Source: Sedimentisphaerales bacterium
GTDB taxonomy: Bacteria; Planctomycetota; Phycisphaerae; Sedimentisphaerales; Anaerobacaceae
DNA length: 64,000 bases
Assembly: GCA_040772485.1 (NCBI GenBank)
Contig: JAXGYC010000010.1
Coordinates: forward strand, 352,001-416,000
Direction of reading: 5' to 3'
Shown here piece after piece: positions 49,249 through 56,604 of the stretch. Positions within the stretch are counted from its first letter, which is position 1; the number at the start of each line of letters is the position of its first letter. A model generated the notes under the pieces. That model saw only the letters and a list, made by a program, of their open reading frames with translations. It was not told where the DNA came from and made no database searches. The translations under genes were made by a program, and so were the position numbers.

Positions 49249-49839
49249 TCACTCCAGGCTCGCGCGGAGGGCCCACTGGGCCTTGTCCGCACGCACGGCC
49301 CTGTGACTCGCCAGGCGGGCCAGCAGCGCATCCGGCGTCCGGTCCACCAGCAGCAGGTCGCGATGGGCCGGATCGATGAACCCTTGGGCGGTCGCGTGGT
49401 CGACGAAACGAATCAGGTCGTCGAAGTATCCTGCAACGTTCAAGAGGCCCGCCGGCTTGGCGTGGAACCCAAGCTGCGCCCACGTCAGGATCTCGAGGAT
49501 CTCCTCCATCGTCCCGAACCCGCCCGGCATTGCGATGAACGCGTCCGCCAGCTTGGCCATCAGCGCCTTGCGCTCGTGCATGTCGGCGACGATGCGCATG
49601 TCCGCCACATCGGTCAGCGCCAGACCCATCTCGTGCAGCGCCTGGGGAATCACGCCGGTGACCTGGCCGCCATGTTCCAGCACGGTCCGCGCAATAACGC
49701 CCATCAGGCCGATCCGGCCCCCGCCAAACACCAGGTGCAGCCCGCGATCGGCGAGGACCTTGCCCAGCGAGCGTGCCGCATCGGCATACTCGGCCCGCCC
49801 GCCGACCCCACTGCCGCAATAGACACAAACTCGTTTCAT
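49249..49839 (-). CDS. LOG family protein (TIGR00730)
   Basis: CVYCGS, GLMG, MHERK and PGGFGT.EE motifs. Confidence 0.92.
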   Translation of the reverse strand: MKRVCVYCGSGVGGRAEYADAARSLGKVLADRGLHLVFGGGRIGLMGVIARTVLEHGGQVTGVIPQALHEMGLALTDVADMRIVADMHERKALMAKLADAFIAMPGGFGTMEEILEILTWAQLGFHAKPAGLLNVAGYFDDLIRFVDHATAQGFIDPAHRDLLLVDRTPDALLARLASHRAVRADKAQWALRASLE

Positions 49840-50097
49840 TCACAAAGTTCCAACTGTCTGGAAAAGGCGCAGAGGCTCGACCGCCCACGCAGCGGCGCAG
49901 AAGGTAGTCCCACCATGCCCGCCTGTCAAATGGAATCGAGCATCGAGCGAGAGGAGAGCCTGAACACGATTGACACGGTGCGATGCTCAGGCGACAATCA
50001 CGACCGAGACAGCACAGACCGGCACCGCGGAACAGAGACGCGATGAAACCGAGGAGCGATCCGATGCGCTCCTACATCGCAGAAAGGAGAACATCCC

Positions 50098-50502
50098 ATG
50101 GAGCCGATTCTGGCCAAGTGCGGCTATCGTTGTGACCTCTGCCCGGCCTTCGAGACCAATCTCAAGGGCGAGCAGGACAAGAAAAGGCTGAGCAAAGCGA
50201 TGGCCAGGTACTTCAATTGCCGGGTGCGTCCGGAGGAAATCCACCCGTGCAAGGGATGCCAGGCGGCTCCGGAGACCCCCGACAAGGATTGCCAGGTCTA
50301 TCCCTGCGTCGTCAGGAGAGGGTTGGAGAACTGCGGGCAGTGTCCTCAGTTCGGCTGCGACAAGCTCAAGACGCGGATGGACGTGGTGGAAGAATGCCTG
50401 GCCAAACACTCGGACGTGAGCAACGAGGACTACCGGGTCTACTTCCGCCCGTATCTGAGCCGAGCGGCCCTGACGCAGATCCATGTGTCGCGCGGTGGTT
50501 AG
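50098..50502 (+). CDS. DUF3795-like Cys-rich protein
   Basis: AAAGGAG SD; CG..C..CP, C.GC, C....C and NCG.C..F.C motifs. Confidence 0.82.
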   Translation: MEPILAKCGYRCDLCPAFETNLKGEQDKKRLSKAMARYFNCRVRPEEIHPCKGCQAAPETPDKDCQVYPCVVRRGLENCGQCPQFGCDKLKTRMDVVEECLAKHSDVSNEDYRVYFRPYLSRAALTQIHVSRGG

Positions 50503-50526
50503 GACGGCGGCAACGTCGTGCCGGAG

Positions 50527-51132
50527 CTATGGCCGGCCGCCGAGAAACCGGCGGGCGAAATCCGCAAAAGGCACTTCGCGGAAATACCGGCTGTGGATCG
50601 CGTGCGTCAGCTCCATGTCGTCCATGTCGTCGTACTGCGGGTACTTCTTTCGGACCTGCACAATGGTCATCTTCTGAAGCATTCGCCGGGTCTCCGCGTC
50701 TTCCGGCCGGGCAGGAGTCGGCGCCTCTGTCGTCGCCTCCGGGACGGGGACACCCTCGGGTGCGGTCGCTCTCGCCTCGATCGCCTCGGCCGGCGCGGTC
50801 GAGGGCGGCGCAGTCAAGGGCGGCGGATACACTTTCACTCCGGACTTGCGGAACTCCGCGGCCCGGCGGTCCATCTGTCCGGCGGTCATGATGTTGGGAT
50901 CGAAAGCGTACCCCCGCTGTCTCCAATACGCCGCGTTGCGAATGGCCTGCGCCCGCTCGAACATCTGCGCGCACGTCATCGTGTCGGCATCGAACGTGAA
51001 CCCCTTGACCTTCCAGCTCCTGGCGCAGATCGCCGCCCTCGCACGAGGGTCGCGCATCCCGTCCGAACAACCCAGCACCAGCCAAGGCAAAACCAACACA
51101 ACAACCACGCGATATATCACGGCAGACTCCAT
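50527..51132 (-). CDS. Hypothetical lipoprotein with internal repeats and a small C-terminal helical domain
   Basis: Lipobox VLGC, two W..G..FD...MT..QM repeats, Pro/Ala/Thr linker, then RKKYPQYDDMDD.EL..AIH. Confidence 0.7.
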   Translation of the reverse strand: MESAVIYRVVVVLVLPWLVLGCSDGMRDPRARAAICARSWKVKGFTFDADTMTCAQMFERAQAIRNAAYWRQRGYAFDPNIMTAGQMDRRAAEFRKSGVKVYPPPLTAPPSTAPAEAIEARATAPEGVPVPEATTEAPTPARPEDAETRRMLQKMTIVQVRKKYPQYDDMDDMELTHAIHSRYFREVPFADFARRFLGGRP

Positions 51133-51269
51133 CGATTACACAGCACAATCTGGAATTGTCATGATAGGCTCGGCGCAGGTTCCTGTCCAGCCCATTTCCC
51201 GAACCAGATGTCACTCGTGTCTGTCAAGATTTCAGGGCAGGACTCCTTTGAGGGCGCAAACCGCCAGGG

Positions 51270-51436
51270 GTGGCAGTCTCAATCCCGAAGAGCTGTTCGT
51301 AGTGACGCCGTCAGGCGTTAACCTCATCGCAATCCCGGTATGCCCTCACGGGCACACTACGAACCGCCATCCCCCAAGCTCCGTTGCACTACGCTTTGAG
51401 GCTACCACCCACATGCCAGGATCTCTTCAAACACAC
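51270..51436. repeat. Family A element, copy 5, with a nested family B REP pair (51295-51364)
   Basis: Left arm GTGGCAGTCTCAA..CGAAGAGC, then the inserted REP pair, then GCCATCCCCCAA...TTTGAGGCTACCAC.CACATGCCAGGAT. Confidence 0.82.
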
Positions 51437-51442
51437 TGGGAC

Positions 51443-52564
51443 TCAGTCGGCCAGGGTGAACGCGGGCAGGCGGACGATCTTGCCGCCCTTCTGGGCCGAC
51501 TGGTGGGCGCAGAGGCCGACGCAGGTCCAGTTGGCGCTGGTGACGGCGTTGGGCCTCGGGTGGCGGTCTTCGAGCAGCGCCGAGACGAATTCGTTGACCA
51601 GGTGCGGGTGCGATCCGCCGTGGCCGCCGCCCTGGATGAACGACAGATGTCCGGCGTCCTGAATCGTGCGCGTGAACTTGCGAATCTCTTCCGGCAGCCG
51701 CTGCGCGTAGTCCGGCACCCGCACGCGAGAAGGAATCTGGGGCTCGGGCTTCTTGGCGGTGTGAAGGACGTGCTCTTCGCCCTCAACCAGCGTCCACTCG
51801 AAGCTCTTCTTCGAGCCGTAGACGTCGAAGCTCTCGCGATACTGCCGGGCCGTATCGAACAGGAACCGCCAGATGTGAGCCGCGACGTCCGAGTCCTTGA
51901 TCTTGATGTGACAGGACTCGATGGCGAACTTGTTGCCGCTCTTGCGGGCCAGCCTCGCGTTGATGGCGCCGGAGCCGAAACAGGAGACATACTCGGCCCG
52001 GCCGTCGACCAGGCCCAGCACGGGCGAGACCACGTGCGTGGCGTAGTGCATCGGGATCATCCGCTCCCAGTACTCGGGCCAGCCCTGCATGTCCTGCGGA
52101 TGCGACGCCTGCATGTACTGGATCTTGCCCAGCTCACCCTTCTCGTACATCTCCTTGAGGAACAGAAACTCGCGGCTGTAGACCACCGTCTCGGCCATCA
52201 TGTACTTCAGCCCCGTCTTCCTGACGAGCGAGACGATCTGCCTGCACTCGTCGATGGTCGTCGCCATCGGAACGGTGCACATCACGTGCTTGCCCGCGTT
52301 CAACGCCGCAATCGACATCGGCGCGTGGTCGGGAATCGGCGAGTTGATGTGGACGAAATCGATCGCCGGATCGGCCAGCAGCTTGGCGTAGCTCGTGTAG
52401 CGCTTCTCGATCCCGCAGGCGTCGCCGATCTCGTTGAGTTTGGCCTTGTTGCGCCGGCAGATCGCCTCCACATGAGCCTTCGGATGCGCCTGGTAGATGG
52501 GAATGAACTCCGCTCCGAACCCGAGCCCCACGATCGCCACGTTGACCTGTCCGCCTTTGCCCAT
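51443..52564 (-). CDS. Gfo/Idh/MocA oxidoreductase
   Basis: VGLGFG, GKHV.CTVP, YMMAET, HYATH and GGHGGSHPHL motifs. Confidence 0.9.
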   Translation of the reverse strand: MGKGGQVNVAIVGLGFGAEFIPIYQAHPKAHVEAICRRNKAKLNEIGDACGIEKRYTSYAKLLADPAIDFVHINSPIPDHAPMSIAALNAGKHVMCTVPMATTIDECRQIVSLVRKTGLKYMMAETVVYSREFLFLKEMYEKGELGKIQYMQASHPQDMQGWPEYWERMIPMHYATHVVSPVLGLVDGRAEYVSCFGSGAINARLARKSGNKFAIESCHIKIKDSDVAAHIWRFLFDTARQYRESFDVYGSKKSFEWTLVEGEEHVLHTAKKPEPQIPSRVRVPDYAQRLPEEIRKFTRTIQDAGHLSFIQGGGHGGSHPHLVNEFVSALLEDRHPRPNAVTSANWTCVGLCAHQSAQKGGKIVRLPAFTLAD

Positions 52565-52745
52565 GATCCGCTCTCCTTCGTTCCAGGATGTGATGAAGGT
52601 CCGTCCCATGCCGGGCGCCCCGGTACCCGGATCAAACTACTGCCCGTACGGGCCTGCGTCAAACGCAAAAAACGTGGGATCGCCGGCCGGTGTCTGCGTG
52701 TTTGCAGGTGGGTTCCTGCGGAGGCCAAGAAGGGCGAAGCCCGCA

Positions 52746-52826
52746 CGGAGGAATCTGGCCGAGGATAAGCCAATGGCCCCTTCATAGCCAGATTCCTCCA
52801 CGGCGCTGCGCTCCGGTCGGAATGAC
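52746..52826. repeat. Family F inverted-repeat element
   Basis: GGAGGAATCTGGC ... GCCAGATTCCTCC arms followed by ...GGTCGGAATGAC. Confidence 0.65.
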
Positions 52827-53033
52827 AAAGTCGATTGCAGCCCTCACGAAGATCTACCTACAAACATCAAGTACATCCTTGCCGGCCGGTGTCCGTGCAG
52901 ATTCCACGGCAAGGCCCATTTCCCAGCACAGAGCGCCATGTGTGGCAGCGGTTCGCCGCAGGTGGAGAGCAAAGCGGAGTTTGCCGATGACTTCGACGGC
53001 ATGCGTATCACCATCGGCAAGCCTTCGCTTGCC

Positions 53034-53070
53034 GCTGCCACACGCATGCCAGGGTGTTTTCACACACACC
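53034..53070. repeat. Family A element, copy 6 (right end only)
   Basis: GCTGCCACACGCATGCCAGGGTGTTTTCACACACACC. Confidence 0.7.
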
Positions 53071-53213
53071 GATGGCCGTCTCTTTGCGTCGGACGCGCCG
53101 GCTGCCCTTTTCTTGTGGACAGGCCAGGCCCGGAACGATTAAACGGGGGCATCCAGAGCGGCAGGTTCTGCGAACTGTCGACAGACAAGACGTGGGTGGC
53201 ATGGGGAGTGACA

Positions 53214-54077
53214 ATGACGCGGACGGCGTTGATCACAGGGGCCAGTTCGGGCATCGGCGCAACCTGTGCGGTGGCCCTGGCGGCGGAGGGATTCCGCGTG
53301 TTCCTGACGGCCAGGCGTCGGCAGGCACTGGAACAAGTCGCCGAGAGGATCAACGCCGCCCATGGCAAGGGCGATCGCGCGGCGTGGTTCGCCGGCGACG
53401 TGGCCGACGCCTCGGCGCGTGGGGCTGTCGTACAGGCCATGGTGGATCGCTGGGGCCGCATCGATGTGCTCATCAACAATGCGGGATATGCACTGCCCGG
53501 CGTGTGCGAAGAAGTCTCGTTGGACGACGTGCGCGACCAGTTCGAAGTGAACACCTTCGCGGCCCTGGCGATGATGCAACTGGTCGGGCCTCAGATGCGC
53601 AAGCAGGGTCACGGGCACATCATCAACATCAGCTCGATCTCCGGCCGATTGTCGTTTCCGAGCCTGGGGATGTATGCCGCCAGCAAACACGCGCTGGAGG
53701 CAATCAGCGACGCCGCAAGACAGGAGTTCCGGCCGTGGAACATCCGGGTGGCGCTGATCGAGCCCAACGAGATCGCCACGGACATCTGGCGCAGGAGCAG
53801 GGACCTCCTCCGGACAGAGCCGGACCGGATGCGACAGAGCCCGTTCGCCTCGTTCTACTCCCGACAGGCACGATGGATCGACCGCGTCCTGACGGACGGC
53901 GCCGCTTCGGCAGATGCGGTCGCCCGCGCTGTCTGCCGCGCTGCAACCGCCCGGCGTCCGCGCGCACGCTATTGCCTGCCCGCGAAGGCCCGCGTGCGTA
54001 TGCTCATGACCTATCTGCCGGCCTCGTGGCAGGACTGGCTGATCCGCCAGGCATTGCGCCGCGTCGAAGATCGCTGA
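53214..54077 (+). CDS. Short-chain dehydrogenase/reductase
   Basis: TGASSGIG, NNAG, NISS and YAASK motifs. Confidence 0.92.
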   Translation: MTRTALITGASSGIGATCAVALAAEGFRVFLTARRRQALEQVAERINAAHGKGDRAAWFAGDVADASARGAVVQAMVDRWGRIDVLINNAGYALPGVCEEVSLDDVRDQFEVNTFAALAMMQLVGPQMRKQGHGHIINISSISGRLSFPSLGMYAASKHALEAISDAARQEFRPWNIRVALIEPNEIATDIWRRSRDLLRTEPDRMRQSPFASFYSRQARWIDRVLTDGAASADAVARAVCRAATARRPRARYCLPAKARVRMLMTYLPASWQDWLIRQALRRVEDR

Positions 54078-54175
54078 TTCGCATACACGTCCTTGACACG
54101 GACTGCCCCGGCAAGCATGCTTCCGCCAGTCTTCACGATTGAGTTCACCACCGATTCGGGATCGGGACCTGCAAG

Positions 54176-54997
54176 ATGAAGGAAACGCCGTTCATCCACG
54201 AACGACAAGTAGCCGTTGCGGCGGCGCGCTGCGCCGGCGCGTATCTCCGGGCAAACCAGCATCAGGCGGCGATCGCGCAGATCAAGAGCGGCCCCCACGA
54301 CTACGCCACCGCCCAGGACCTCGGCGCCGAGAAACTGATCCTCGATGCGATCCGGGAGCGCTTCCCCGACGATGCGATCCTCTCGGAGGAGTCGTATGCC
54401 CAACAATCCGGCGGCGAACGGCTCTGGGTCGTCGACCCGCTGGACGGAACGCGCAACTACGCCAACGGTCTGCCGCATTTCGCGGTCTCGATCGCGTTCT
54501 GCTACCGCGCGCAGGCGGTGGTGGGGGTTGTGTACGTCCCCTGTGAAGGAGACGAGCTGTTCCGGGCCGAGCGTGACGGCGGCGCGTTCCTGAACGAGCG
54601 GCCGCTCCAGATGGCGTCCCCGTCGAAGTCCCTGTCGGCCAGTCTGGTCGCCACCGGCTTCGCGTACTACCAGGGCGCCGCGCTTGGCCCTCACGTCGCG
54701 ACACTGGAGGCGGTGATGAACGTCGCAACGGACGTGCTGCGGCTGGGTTCGGCGGCCACCGACATCAGTTACGTCGCCGCCGGACGGCTCGGGGCATACT
54801 ATGAATCCGGCCTCAAACCATGGGACGTCGCCGCCGCGGCGCTGATCGTACAGGAAGCCGGCGGCATCGTCTCCAACACCTCGGGCCAGGCCCTCGACTT
54901 GTTCGCCGGGAACGGAGCCACGTTCTCTCTGAACGTGCTGGCGGCCAAGAACGCCGACATCCAGCGCCAACTGATCGGTCTGCTGACCACGCGGTAA
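54176..54997 (+). CDS. Inositol monophosphatase family protein (SuhB-like)
   Basis: SEE, WVVDPLDGT.NY, RLGSAA and PWDVAA motifs. Confidence 0.92.
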   Translation: MKETPFIHERQVAVAAARCAGAYLRANQHQAAIAQIKSGPHDYATAQDLGAEKLILDAIRERFPDDAILSEESYAQQSGGERLWVVDPLDGTRNYANGLPHFAVSIAFCYRAQAVVGVVYVPCEGDELFRAERDGGAFLNERPLQMASPSKSLSASLVATGFAYYQGAALGPHVATLEAVMNVATDVLRLGSAATDISYVAAGRLGAYYESGLKPWDVAAAALIVQEAGGIVSNTSGQALDLFAGNGATFSLNVLAAKNADIQRQLIGLLTTR

Positions 54998-55084
54998 ACA
55001 CAATCTGATCGCAAGCGTGACATTCGGCACAGCTTCTTCCCATGGCGCCCAACCTCGCCACTCGACAATACGTAGTTTCCACAA

Positions 55085-55114
55085 TTGACAAACGATGCCG
55101 CGATGCCCTATAGT
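55085..55114 (+). promoter_or_regulatory. sigma70 promoter
   Basis: TTGACA, 18 nt, TATAGT, about 100 nt upstream of ATG 55218. Confidence 0.6.
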
Positions 55115-55217
55115 GCGGGCGTGTCGGCGCGTCTGGAGGACGCCGCTGTCAAAGGCACACCCGTACAAACGTGAGGCGGGGAACACCCGAAACGAGTTTC
55201 TGCAAGGAGGCAGGACC

Positions 55218-56003
55218 ATGGGAAAGTCTAAAGTCATCGTATGCGCGCTGCTCGCGCTGGCGAGCACCGCCGCCGCCCAGAGCATCACTCTTCCGTCTCT
55301 GGTTCGTAAAGGCGCCATCGAAACCCTCTCCGTAGAGCCGGCCGAACCGACCACGGCCTCGTCCGTGGTACTGTGCGCGACGGTCGCCGACGCCCTGAGC
55401 CTGGACCGGGTGGAAACCCGGCGGATCGGAAGCACCTTCATGGTCAAGATCTACTGGAGCGAGGCGACAGGCGGTTTTCCAGGCTGGAATCAGGGACAAT
55501 GCCGGGAGTCGCTCGGGGTATTGGCCAAGGGGAACTACTTCGCGATCGTGCAGTCGTACTGCGACGACCGTCTGGCCGGCAGCAAACAACTGACGTTCAA
55601 GGTCGTCGAGGGTTCAGGGCCCACGATGCAGGACGTGATCTGCGATGTCCAGGTCACACCCGCAAACCCGACCACCACGAGCAACGCTGTCGTGAAGGTC
55701 TTCGGCAAGTGGCCGACGAGCGGCTATTCGCAGTCGGTTTCGTTGGCGCGACTCAGCGGCCGGACCGGCACCGTGGACCTGTATTGGGAAAGCCCTCAGG
55801 ACCCTGTCGAGGACACGGATGAGAGCTACTTCTACCACCAGGTGCCGATGAAGATGTCTTTGGCGGGCACGTACACGATCCGCGTGAGAGTGTACCTCGA
55901 CGGGTCACTCGTGGATTGGGAAGAGATCTCCGTCGAAGTCACCGAAAACAGTGGAAGCGGCTGGACGTGGGACCCCTTCTTCTGGGGCATCGACCTGCCG
56001 TAG
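55218..56003 (+). CDS. Secreted hypothetical protein with two tandem Ig-like domains
   Basis: AAGGAGG SD and signal peptide; duplicated I....V.PA.PTT.S..V and V..YW motifs. Confidence 0.78.
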   Translation: MGKSKVIVCALLALASTAAAQSITLPSLVRKGAIETLSVEPAEPTTASSVVLCATVADALSLDRVETRRIGSTFMVKIYWSEATGGFPGWNQGQCRESLGVLAKGNYFAIVQSYCDDRLAGSKQLTFKVVEGSGPTMQDVICDVQVTPANPTTTSNAVVKVFGKWPTSGYSQSVSLARLSGRTGTVDLYWESPQDPVEDTDESYFYHQVPMKMSLAGTYTIRVRVYLDGSLVDWEEISVEVTENSGSGWTWDPFFWGIDLP

Positions 56004-56016
56004 AAACGCCAGTCTG

Positions 56017-56048
56017 GGGAGTGTCCCGGCGTACGTCGGGATACTCCC
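56017..56048 (+). terminator. Hairpin after stop (terminator-like)
   Basis: GGGAGTGTCCCGGCG-TA-CGTCGGGATACTCCC. Confidence 0.5.
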
Positions 56049-56604
56049 GTTCCCACCCGTCTGTCGACCGCCGGCGGCCACAACATGCCACCAACATCCG
56101 GCAGGGCCGGAACTGCAATGGCGGGCACCGCCTCCCCCTCGTTCATCACCCTGACCGTACGGTAAGAATCCATTCCCAAGAAACGGTGCCCACCGCCCTT
56201 CCATGGGCAACGATTTCATGGTACAGCATGGGCCGCCGGCGTCTATTGTGGCAATTGCGTATTCTTCATCGTCAATCCTGATGGGTCGCCCCTGAAAAAC
56301 CATGCAGGCGCCGGCAGAGGGCAAGCCACACATCCCAGGACAGCAGCGCCGGAACCGCCCAAAAGGGAATTCCTGTTGTTCCGGGGGCCGCGATCTGGTA
56401 CAAATGGGGGAGTACGGAAGCGCAATTTCGTGAGCTTGTCGCCGGAGCGCAGCATCATGAACCAGACACCCCGCCGGGACGGCTCGCATCGAAGGTGGTT
56501 TCGGAGGCCGCAATGCAATGCGTTCTGCCGGGCACACGGCAGAAATGAAACGCACGTACATTTGCCTGTGGACGATCTGAGAGCTTTCTTGAAGGAGGAC
56601 GATC

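Noticed and set aside
52830..53030. Small ORFs between repeat elements
   Set aside because: Starts derive from family A repeat sequence; no SD or recognisable product.
55151..55200. Possible c-di-GMP-I riboswitch (AAAGGCACACCCGT...GCGGG)
   Set aside because: Lacks the GNRA-capped P2 and the following GACGCAAAG segment; only superficial similarity.
56060..56600. Possible PAS-gene remnant (PIRIDDEEYAIATID) on the minus strand
   Set aside because: Single short motif with non-protein-like flanks; not supportable without a search.
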